NCBI GenBank assembly: GCA_000320545.1
Contig: ADNK01001276.1
Location: 1 to 64,000 of the forward strand
Origin: Bigelowiella natans CCMP2755
Taxonomy: Eukaryota; Protista; Cercozoa
Length of the DNA stretch: 64,000 nucleotides
Direction of reading: 5' to 3'
The position numbers were made by a program, and so were the translations under genes. Below, one piece after another: positions 26,483 to 37,535 of the stretch. The notes beneath the pieces were generated by a model. That model ran no database searches and was not told the DNA's origin. It saw only the letters and a list, made by a program, of their open reading frames with translations. Position 1 is the first letter of the stretch. Every line of letters begins with the position of its first letter.

Positions 26483-27775
26483 ATGGTTGACCCTTTCTCA
26501 GTGATTCTGTGTAAGTGCATGTTGACGCATCTCCTTGTAACAAATGTCACTTATTTTGTTCTGCACATTCACAGCCCTTATGTTGGTGGTAGTTGGTGCT
26601 GGTCTCGGGTACTATACACTGAAACCTTTCCTTTCCAATTACGTACATCCAATTCGATGTTTAATGTTTGTAAAAATATTTTGGTGACACCTATCAGTGC
26701 AACTATAAAGTACCGAGATGTGTATCAATGTCTGCAAGATAAAAGAAAGGCTGCAGCAGTGGGAGTTTTAACACAATTTGGATTCATGCCTCTCATCGGA
26801 TACTTCTATGCAAGAGTCTTCGATCTCAAAAGTACAAATGCGATAGGATTAATCTTAATCGCATCCGCTCCAGGCGGAGTGACATCGAATCTCATCACCT
26901 ATTGGGCTAATGGAGACTTGTCCCTTAGTATCACCATGAGTTCAGTCTCGACGTTCCTGGCATTTGGTATGCTGCCCCTTCTGATAGAATTATACATAAA
27001 TACCACTTACACCTCAAGCGAAATTAACGTTCCTTTTGAATGGATTGTCATCTCTCTGCTGCTCCTGATCATTCCATGCTGCATCGGGGTGTACATTAAA
27101 GCAAAGAACGAAGTTTTAGCAAAGCGGCTGGAAAAGTTTGGCTCAATCCTGGGTATGTTGACTCTGCTAATTGCACTGGCCTGGGGAATCTACAAAGATT
27201 CCCATCTATTCAAGCAGCCATTCGGCTTGTGGTGGTCAGCGTCAACACTGCAGCTCATCGGCACTACTATTAGCTATCTCCTTGCGTGGGGCATGGGTTT
27301 TCCATCACAACCAAGGCGAACTATCGCAATCGAAGCTGGGATCCAAAATTCTACACTGATCATTGCTCTGGTTTCGAATTCGTTTAGTGACGAAACACAG
27401 CGGGAGGAGGTTCTAGTTCCAACCTTCATTTACAGCATTGCCTGGTTCCTCAACACGCCGTTGACGCTTTTAGTACTACGTATGTTGTCCCGAAAAGATG
27501 CTCTCGAAACGGAAGGTGGTCTCGAGAAAAAGACGGAGGACGGCACGATGCTACAAACTGACACCGGAATCAACAATTTGAGCTCGAAATTGTCAGATCT
27601 GGCCATGCTGGAGAGAAACATCTCTAAGGGGGAAGCAAACGTCTCCAAGGGGGAGATAGTCGAACTTAAAATCGGAGTTGCGGATTTAGGCTCCGGAAAA
27701 TCGACAAAATCAGCCCGATCAAGGAAGAAATCCACTGCGACAGTTGGTGGGGATGATTCTCCTGTGAACATTTGA
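26483..27775 (+). CDS. Bile acid:sodium symporter (SLC10A1/2, ASBT-like); exons 26483-26510, 26575-26608, 26698-27775
   Basis: Spliced N-terminus MVDPFSVILSLMLVVVGAGLGATI; motifs GVLTQFGFMPLIG, APGGVTSNLITYWANGDLSLSITMS and RRTIAIEAGIQN. Confidence 0.93.
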   Translation: MVDPFSVILCKCMLTHLLVTNVTYFVLHIHSPYVGGSWCWSRVLYTETFPFQLRTSNSMFNVCKNILVTPISATIKYRDVYQCLQDKRKAAAVGVLTQFGFMPLIGYFYARVFDLKSTNAIGLILIASAPGGVTSNLITYWANGDLSLSITMSSVSTFLAFGMLPLLIELYINTTYTSSEINVPFEWIVISLLLLIIPCCIGVYIKAKNEVLAKRLEKFGSILGMLTLLIALAWGIYKDSHLFKQPFGLWWSASTLQLIGTTISYLLAWGMGFPSQPRRTIAIEAGIQNSTLIIALVSNSFSDETQREEVLVPTFIYSIAWFLNTPLTLLVLRMLSRKDALETEGGLEKKTEDGTMLQTDTGINNLSSKLSDLAMLERNISKGEANVSKGEIVELKIGVADLGSGKSTKSARSRKKSTATVGGDDSPVNI

Positions 27776-29079
27776 CTGTGGCATTTGAGTTGGGCGCATG
27801 CAGGCATGCAGAATTGATCATGAAACCGACAATGAATGCATGACACTGAATCTCGTCGTGGGCGTCTCGACACGTCATCATTGCGGCAAGTCTTGTCTCT
27901 GTGCATCTGTGTCTGCACACAGCATGCTGGCATGGCGCGTCCACACATGTCATGCACGTGGATTGGAAACTGTTCCACCATCGAACACGTGATGTTGGTC
28001 AGAACAGCATGTGGACAACTAGACGTACAAATCCACATGCATGCATCTAGCTAGCTAGGCATGTTAGCATGGTGGGAACGTCTAGACATTGCTAGATTGA
28101 TCATCAACAAATGGCATGCTGGCATGAATGGTGAATCAACTGTCCCCAACTAGCTAGCTAGCCAATCTGGCAATGATGCAGCTGAACAAAGCTGCTAGCC
28201 ATCCTAGCACCTAGAAAGGATCATCTAGATCACCTTGCATGCTGGAGACATGCTGGCATGGAGCGCTAGAGCGGCGAATCATGACAGAATCGGAATCGAA
28301 GTGCAGCGTGCGCTTCCGCTCTCGCGCCTGCTGTTCTCTCCAGCTCTGCTAGCTCTGGCTAGCTGGTCCTCCGGCTAGCCGGGAACCCGGCCACCTAGCC
28401 ATGAACAGAACACTCGTGGACACAACGTCCGCCCATCCCTCTGGCCCTTCTAGCCTTGCTAGCTTGATCCAACTAGCCAAGGCGATCATGAAAAAATGAG
28501 CTAGTGAAGATTGTTTCACATCTGTCGACCACGAACGAAATGCGAACAGACGTGCAATGACTGAATGAAGTGATTCCAAGGGAGGATCTGAAAGGCTAGA
28601 AGGGCCATCGGACGTGCTGACGAACACGCACTTTGATCAGGTCACGTTTGCGAGAAACAAAGAAAGAAAGAAGGAGCGGCTGAAGGAAGAAAGAAATGAA
28701 GAAGTGCTTCATTGGAGCAGTTGAAAGAATCACGGGGCACGCTGATTCATCCGTGTCCTCCACGATCAACCAGGTCCACAGTGCTAGATCACCACACCTG
28801 CTGGCCTGCCGGCCACGCTCTGGACGCTGGCACGCTGGCACGGCTCTTTGGACGGCAACAGCACTTTCAAGACGGATCATGCTAGCATGATGGATTGATT
28901 GATTGATTTGTTCACTGAGACACTCACAGCAAGATGCACATTTGAGCGCTGCTGCTCGCAAGCTGGACGCGCCACTGACAACCGGTCACCACCCCAACAT
29001 GGATGGGATTGGGGCAATGAGAATGAGCTGCGAGGTCTCAGTTTTCATGAGCGCGACATGAAAATGATGGGTTTTTTGG
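27690..29079. other. TpA-depleted, CTAG-rich intergenic island 1
   Basis: Manual count: 27 TA dinucleotides in about 1390 bp, 25 of them within CTAG. The only exceptions are GTAC near 28025 and TTAG near 28064. Confidence 0.9.
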
Positions 29080-29453
29080 TAGTCGTACAGTAGAAATCCC
29101 ATGCGATTCTTTCTCATTGAGTTATCCTCATCCCTTCCACTTCCGGCCTGCACCACCACACGAGGTACATGGAATGCTGTGTCTCACACGCGAGTGAAGT
29201 GCGATGCCATCACCACGCGGATGCAAGGTCATTGAGTCATGTGAGACTATTTCTTAATGCAGTGTCCTTTTCATTCTCTTCAGTTTGTTTCTTGCAACGG
29301 GAACCGTGATGGCCGACAAGAAGGTCAGTCCCTGTGCCCTGGACATCCTCGACTCCTTTCGACATGCAAGCTCACCTCTGGACACTGAAGGAGCACTCCC
29401 GGCTTCACAAGGTCATTTCTAAAATGAGAAAGAACATCTACAAATCTTGAGTG

Positions 29454-30511
29454 ATGCCCTTCTGCCCAGTCTGCAAAAGAGCTACTGGAAGTAAGCGTGG
29501 AAGGACGAAGCGGAGGAAAGATGTGTGTAAAAGTGAGACAAACGCAAGAAAGAGAGTAAAGATGGAAAGGCATACACAAGAGACGATAAAAGGACTTGTT
29601 TTAGTAAGAAATCCTTTGAAATCTGAGAGGAACTTGCGTTGTGAAAGCCACAACAGAGGCGGCACATTGGTGAAAATGCTTAGGAAGCTAAGCGATGAAT
29701 TAGAGACTCTCCAATTCCCAGAAGACATTTGGGTGTACAACCCATTGAAGTACGCGAGTTTGAGCGCAGAAATGTACATGCAGCGTTACGGCGAGGATGT
29801 CAATGATGCAGGTCGGATCCTGTTCGTTGGAATGAATGCAGGGCCTTGGGGAATGGTAATAGTCGAACCAAAATGAAGATCTAGGATGCATGAAATGTAC
29901 CGCTTCACAGTCACATTCCCTTATTGTAGGTACAAACAGGAGTTCCCTTCGGGGATGTTACTTTCGTCCGTGATTGGATGGGAATTGAATCGGCAGTTGA
30001 ACAGCCGAGCCGCGTGCACCCAAAACGCCGCGTGGATGGCTTTCAGGTGCACAGAGGAGAAAAAAGCGGCGAACGATTGTGGGGCCTTATGAAGGATACC
30101 TGTGGATCTGCCTCAGAATTCTTCAAGCGGGCATTTGTTTACAATTACTGTCCTCTAGCATTCTTTCGCGGCCCCAAGGGTAAGAACGTCACCCCAGATC
30201 GAATACCGCACAGGAAAAGATTGCTGGAGATTTGCGATGAAGCTTTTGGGACACTAGTTAGCCAGATTTCTCCTGCTTTTATCATAGGGATCGGCAATTT
30301 CGCCTTCTCGAGGATTCAAGCTGCCACGAATCCAAGCACACCAAAATCAAAATCGAAACTCTCAATCAAACCAAAGCTGGGGCTGGTTCTTCATCCATCC
30401 CCGGCATCCCCCAAAGCTAATAAAGGATGGGCACGACAGGCCATTGCTCAAATGCAGGATATTGGTTGCTGGGCCGTGCTTAGTAGCCCTCCTGAATTGG
30501 AACAAGGATAG
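29454..30511 (+). CDS. SMUG1: Single-strand selective monofunctional uracil-DNA glycosylase; intron 29856-29929; 5' end uncertain
   Basis: VYNPLKYA, LFVGMNAGPWGM|VQTGVPFG, HPKRRVDGF...EKSGERLW, FVYNYCPL, NVTPD and HPSPASPKAN are family-3 UDG motifs. Confidence 0.95.
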
Positions 30512-31104
30512 TCTGCATGTAAGGAGCGATTGTGTGATGACGTTGTCCACACAGCTAACATGGCATAGCATGTGTACAGTTAACACAAATATAAGACGCT
30601 TAGAATTGCATCGCATACTGAGCCATGTATACAAGCATGTAAAGGCTGCATCGAGTGACACACTGTACACAGCGAAAAGCCATTCAATGATGTGTACTAG
30701 CATGCTTACGCTCTAGATCGTCCTAGCTAGATTATATATGCTGTCTCTAAGAGATTTTAATGCGTGTCACGAAGTGTATCCGGAGCATCGCTAGAAAGTT
30801 TGTACGATCCATAGGCGTATGAGCGCAACATGTTACGTCTAGCTATGTGTATGCGCACGCATTTAGTAGCTATGCAATACATTGATGCTACCATCATAAC
30901 ATTGCACAGTAGATGTCATTGGATCGCCCAGATTGGAATAAGTTTGTAATAAGTTGGCCAACGTGGGGATAATATTAGGTACCAGGATTGAAATATAGAT
31001 GAGAGTGGGGAGTTCAAGGCAACAGTAAGACTGGCGGTTATTCTTGCAGTTGTTTAAGTGTTCTATCGAGACCATCATCTGCATTTATTGAGTAATAACA
31101 CTAT

Positions 31105-31141
<37 letters not shown>

Positions 31142-31281
31142 GAAAACCATACACTTTACAAGTTAGCCAATTTCTAATTTATCATAACTAACATCATTAT
31201 CCTCATCGTTGTGGTCGCCATCGGAATACGAGGAGGATGATGATGATTATCATTAGCTAGCTAGAGAGCAGAGGTTGTTCT

Positions 31282-34200
31282 TCATGCTTCGGCTCTGTCC
31301 TTTGTCTCTTCCTTAACAGTTTTGATGTCAACTTGATGGCTGCGCTTGTTCACAACCCGCAAGTGCCGCAACTGCACATCCTTTGCACTTGTTTTTCCTT
31401 CACCCATTCCTCCTTGACCTCCTCCTCCTCCTCCTCCTCTTCCTCTGCCTCCTCTGTCCATTTTTTGAGAAGTCGCTACGACCTTCCTGTTTATGTGCTT
31501 AGCTACCCATAGTTGCTCCTGAAACCAAAAGGAGGACGAGGAGGAGGCAAAATCAACGTCATCCATTATTCACAAACTGTCAAGTAGCAAATGTAGCAGC
31601 AGATCAAGGAAGGGGACGGGAGTGCGTAAAGGAAAGGAGTAGATCATAAGTATCCCTAAGAACAAGACTGCGCAGAGGGAGTATCAGAAGAAAGCGTTGT
31701 ATTGATAATATAGTAATTGGGCTGCTTTCTTAATGATGGCTACAACGAATGGATTTCTGGTCTGCAACTCTCTGCCTTAATTTTAGAAAATAGCATTAGG
31801 TGAAGAAACAGAAACAGAAGAAGAAGAAGACGAAGAAATAGGAGAAGGGGGGGAGGAAACCTTGACACTAAATAGTAGGCCCTAAAAGGCTGTGCTACTA
31901 ACAGTACCGACAAGACGACACGTATCGCTAACGTTTGATCACTTACTTCTGCTGGGAAGTCTTCCATGTATTCGAGCCACCGAAGCCACGAGCCAGCTGC
32001 AAGGGCGTAGTCGGAATCTCTGAACGGTCTCCAGTTATTCAGGTACACCAACCTTCTCACCTCCTTGAATGCAGTATCGAACATCGTTGCTAATTTGCTG
32101 CTGCTGCTGCTGCTGCTGGTCTGGGGTATTCCCTTCATTATTCCTCCGTTTCTTCTTCCATTTCTTCTGTGTCTTCCTTCCTTCTCTCTTTCTATCTTCT
32201 TGAAAGTAGTCAAAGCAGATGATGTTGTTGTTGTTGTTGTTGTTGTTGTCACCACAGAAGCTCCCTGCTGAGTGGTAGGGTTTGCATCGATGTTATTCCA
32301 CAGCTCCCCATCCCTCCTCCTCTGGTACTCTTTTATGCCCGAGAGCCGATCCCCATTGCCGCACGCAGCGACGGCTCGCTCATACGCCTTTTTGATGTTC
32401 TCTCGTACAGTGGAGGAGATGTTAATACATTTTTCCGAATCATCCTCAATGTAGGTTTCGAATAGCTCCGTGGCGTATGCGAGCGTGGGCTCCTCTTTGA
32501 ACGCGTACACGTCAGAGCAAAACTGCACTGATTCCGTGTCGTAGGTCTCAGCACACTGATACAGCATGTAGCCTGACAAGGAACAACAGCAAGATACGAC
32601 GATGTGGAGAGACGGAGGAAGAGTAGCTTAAGAAGAAAGAAGGGCGACTAGAAAGCATTGTAGGAAAGAGAGTTATATCCAGGGTAAGTAAGTACTACGG
32701 TTTCGTTTGAGGAGGAAGAGGAGGAGGAGGAGGAGGAGGAGGAGGAGGAGGAGAAGGAAGATAAACAAGCATTATCACTGCCACCATTACCACTACATCC
32801 TTGTTCTTTATTAATTCATATTAAATAAGTTGTGAATATATTCTGCATCCTTCTACATCATCATCATCGGCAGCATCATCATCATCAACAGCAGCAGACT
32901 CACAACTATGATCATCCTACTCCCTCCTCTGAGTGCTAGTCACTGCCCACCACCTCGTATGATTTCTGAGTCGAAGAGCCTCTCGAACACCTTTGCTGAG
33001 TTCATCGCTTGCCGGTTTTTTATTTTATTATTGCCCATGAGCCTAATATTATTGGGTGCTGCTGCTGTTGACGACGACAACATATCAGATTCTTCGGATA
33101 TCTCTGAGATGGACTTTTGCCGCTCCCCAATGCGGTCAAGAAGCTTGCTTTCTCTGTACGTGTAGAAAAGCCACGTGGTGCCTCCACAAGATGACCCCAA
33201 TATCGCCAACGAGCGTACAATGAAGTTGAGGTTGGAATCGTCTGTGAAGGCAAGCTCCATGATCAGGGCGATGACACCGGCAGTCAAGATGTTGTGCACG
33301 GAACTACGTATGCGCTGCAGCTCTGACTTGCGGTAGCCATCGGCGTTCGAAAGCCACAAGAGCACCGCTGTTGCTATTAACACCGCACCTTTCACCGCCA
33401 CAAGTGCTGCTGCCAGTGACCGTGCCTGTGGTTCGGTGTGGCAAGTGTCGCGAAACTCTCTCATATCGTCCGCCGTCAGTGATCGAGGAGTATACGCACC
33501 CAGCCATGTAGAAAGCAAAATCGTATCAACCATCAGCAGCGACCCAACCACTGCAACAGCAATCGCAGAATTGCCGTTCTGTCCTAGCCGCGGAGCCTTC
33601 CTCCGCCTCTGTCCTCTTACAGAAGGAGAAGTAGGGTGCTGGTGCTGGTCAGAGACGCTGCTGCTGCAGCCTGTGGTGGTGTAGCCACAGGTGCCGAGGT
33701 AGAAGAATATGCTTTTGAAGCACAGCAGTCCCGACAATAAACTGAATCCGACATGACCGAATCTGATCGACGGATTACGATAGATTCGTGAAAAGTGGGA
33801 TGAAGTGACAGCAAGAGAAAGGCATAGAAGAAAGGAGGCGGAAGGGAACAAAGCATGAAGAAAGAAAAGGCGAGCAAGGTGATTGATGGAGACTACATAA
33901 AGGACGGAAAACAATAAATGCGTAAGCAAAAATAGTCGTGAGAGTTGGAATGGAAGAGAGCCATCATCAAACTTTATGTGCAACGTACAAACGACAACAA
34001 GGGAACATGAAAAGGTACAAGTAAGCAGCAGCAGCAGTAAGGATCAGAAGCCACTTCTCCTCCTCCTACTATCACCTCTCCTACAACAATAAAGCTCATC
34101 CTCCCCTTCTAGCACTATAACATCGACATCGATTAGGGTGTTCACAGTAATAAGTACGTATTACATTGGGAAAAGGATGCAGGTTTCGTCAGTCATATAC

Positions 34201-34455
34201 AAGTTCCAGAAGAGCACCTGAATGAAGCAAAACAGTAACGATGATAATGATGGTAAATATGAGAATGAATAATGGCAATAACGGGGACGAAGACGACGAC
34301 GATGACGATGACAACGACTACATTTCTATTGGAGGGCAATAGTCACGGAAGATTCAACATACCTGTTATTATTGAAATTGTGTTCCATGTAAGTGTGTAT
34401 AGCGATAACTTATCTGTGACTCATTCAATACTATATACATATACATGTTATACAA

Positions 34456-34497
<42 letters not shown>

Positions 34498-37017
34498 ATA
34501 CCGTGGTGGCAAAAAGGATCGCCCCGATGAGATGAAGGAAAACCATCCAAGGAAGGCTTTGCTTCATCCAATTCTAATAAGATTTTGGTTGACCAGAAGC
34601 AACAACGAAAGAACGACGACGACGATGATGATGACGTCGATCATGATAACGTTCCGAGAAAAACGTATAAAATAATCCATAGGGTACTGCTACTACCACC
34701 ATCTTCACCATAAGAACTAGCAATTCAAACGAGTTGACGGTAGGGGTTATCAAGCGGTGTATTCGCAAACGACGGCAGTAGTATCAATGACGACGATGCA
34801 GCTCTGTGCTCAGGCAGCCATTATTCGAGGTGGCTGATGGTGGTACGACCTTGTTGATATCTCTGATAGCGAGATGCAGTAGTCTTCCCAAGTATACATA
34901 GCATAAAGCTGATAGAAAAAGAGAAGAAAGATGATGATGATGATGATGATGGGCCAAGGCTTCAAGCCAAACAACGTATGTGTATGCATGCATGTGGTAC
35001 GGGTGAACTTGCGATTGTCGATAACGGTAAAGATACGTATGGGATGCTATTTCTTCTTCTTTTTCTTTCCCTCCCTCTCTTCTCATCTCAGTTTCTCAAT
35101 ATATGCATATTAGTGCATCCAACCCGCAACTGATACAATGAAAATCTCAGAGGATTCTGAGAGATACGATTGCCTGACAAGTAAGGAGAGAGGATGACGG
35201 TGACAACGAAGAGCGAGACCGCGTAGGGAGATGACGAAACGATGACGATGATGATGATGATCAATGGTAAATTACTTAAATGAAAAGGCCTACTACTACA
35301 TACTTAAGCTAAACTTCCATAACTTCCGAGTTACTATAGTTTATAGGACCCTCACAGTTCTAGCTAGCAAACGTTGTTGCGTGCGTAGACAAAACGACGA
35401 CGAAAGGTTTTGTTGTAGATACACCCTATTTGGCCTACTGCTACCGCCACTATTGCTACTACTGCTCCTACCTTCTCTCTGCAGTGATTGGCATCCCAAT
35501 AGCAGCATCATACTTGAAAATAGTAGAACCGTTGACTCTGTCGCTTGTCTGAGTATTATTGGCAATATACTATATTTCACCTGTATCCTCTCTCTCCCCC
35601 CCCTTTCCCACCCCTCGTTTACTTTCTTTCTTCTCATCGCATTCTATCATTTCGAACAACGACCTTCAACATGGCTCAAAATGATCATTCTGATGATTTC
35701 TATGAGAAGAAACACGATAGATCCCTATAACTAAAAGTGCAGCAAACAACGAACTCTTTAGCACATCATCATCACCTCAAATCGGACATGAGCAATAAGC
35801 GTCCAATCGTTTTGCGTCAGTTCTATCTCGTCATATATAGTGGCCGCAAAATATGTGTTTCCGTCTCTCTGGACTCGAGTTGTATCTGCTTGCTGGAAGG
35901 AGAAGATAGTAGGAATATAGTTTACAGAGTGTATATCTTTCTGTACATCCGTGTGCATTATTCATGTGCGTGCCTGTATGTGTATTGTATAAATGCATAC
36001 ACATCTACATGCAGTTCATCTTCACACCGATTCGGGCGAAAGAGATATGAGCTCTGATGATCCCACGATTGGTGAGCATTGGCTTCGAGATAATAAGGGG
36101 GTGTGGGGGGAGTAGAGGGGGGATAGAGGAAAGTTATGAAATTGAAATAGGGCATACAACAGGGTGAGAGACTAGCATCAACAGAATGAGCAGATTAATG
36201 GGAACATCTTAATTTAAATATAAGGAATGAAATCACCTCCCGAACACAGCCTCACAAGCATGTAGGTTTGCATGTGTAAGATCTGAGAAGATACGAAAAC
36301 AAAATCCCATTGTTAAACAACACTCTCCTTCTCGATCGTGATGGTTTGTCTCCACTATTGGTCATTTGAAAAATCTGTGTGTTTATAAGTGTTTCCACCC
36401 GGATTGGAGGAGATATTCAGCGAATCATCGATTAAAGCCTCATAGGTTGCTGAAAACGCCGATTCAGCTGTATCAATCATGTATGATCAGATTTAGTGTG
36501 GTGGTATGTGAACAAAGTTACAAGATCTGCATACGCGTCATGCCAATACGGAACCATAGTTTACGGCCGTGCGCGATCTTGTGTTTGCGTTACAGCAAAG
36601 TAAATCATAAACAGGTTTTAAGAACCTTGTACATTGCTATCAGGTTGTTGCAGCCAATTGATAGTGATATCGCTCTACAAATAGATGCACGAACAGGCAT
36701 AGGCAACACCACGAAATATCCCAGATCAAGATTTTTGTAACATTTTGAGTTAGCTGTGATTCATTGAAGCTTTAGGGAAATGATAATTATGACGGTGGGA
36801 TTAAGTTTAAGTTCGAGTACCCCACATCTTCTGCGGAGCACTTGCCCAGAGTTCATGTTCGTGATCCAACCTAAGCGAATGAGTGACAGCGATCAGCTGA
36901 AAGGTGATTGGTTGGCATTTAAAAGTTATGTGGGTATTTGTAGAATTGTGATCAGTACGAAGGCCTACAGCATGGTGAGGAAAGAAGAAGCGTGATTTTT
37001 ACAATAAGTGTTCGCAT
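31282..37017 (-). CDS. Class C/GABA-B-like 7TM receptor fused to a C-terminal RGS domain; 5' exons approximate
   Basis: TM1 IFIVSVAALCYVYLG; KQSLPWMVFLHLIGAILF; TCILFPIFGHVGFSLLSGLLCFKS; VDTILLSTW; C..KGAVLIATAVLLW..SELQRIRSSVHNIL; FIVRSLAIL. RGS: CAETYDTESVQFCSDVYAFK..ELFETYI..INISS..MFDTAFKEVRRLVYLNNWRPF (31945-32575). Possible signal-peptide start at 37017. Confidence 0.82.
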
Positions 37018-37535
37018 AATCCCCGAACAGATAAGCTTCTATTGCAGAACCCAGGCAACAAGCTGTGAGAAACTGCGGATCATAATGAAACAACAATCCA
37101 CGAGAATGTTACGAATTATCTTGAACGTTGACGATGGAACGTATGTGATGAAACAGATCTACTTTTGTACTCATTCCGAGGCGTGCAAGCATTTGGGGAA
37201 TGCTCCTTTTCCCCTCTCGAGTTGTTCCCTTCGTTAGAATAAATGGACGCTATTAAGCAAGTCGCAGGAACCAAATGGCATCCTTTTCTGAGCTGCGATG
37301 AGCACCTGCTGCATACATGTACCAGCTAGAGCTTCCTTAAGCATCCTATCTTTTTAGGCGAAACTCACAAAAACCATGTGGTCCGCGGGTTGGTACGATA
37401 AATGAAGACGCAGGGGCTGGGGGGCATCAATTTCAACCGAGTCATGGAGAAATGAATAGATGCCGAATCTAAGGTAAGACTTAGTCCAGACTCGAGTTAT
37501 TTGAATTTTGGATCTTTAAATTGAATGTGATTGGA

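Noticed and set aside
26483-26697. Continuous 430-aa ORF N-terminus (MVDPFSVILCKCMLTH...)
   Set aside because: Read-through of two GT-AG introns; splicing gives a proper first TM helix.
27690-29079. Classical RIP or CpG-methylation decay as the explanation of the island
   Set aside because: Both consume C, and RIP raises TpA; here TpA is lost and CpG remains common.
28401-29093. Possible plus-strand pseudogene frame (MNRTLVD...) with six internal stops and no Tyr
   Set aside because: About this many TGA stops are expected by chance in TA-free DNA, and no recognisable domain appears.
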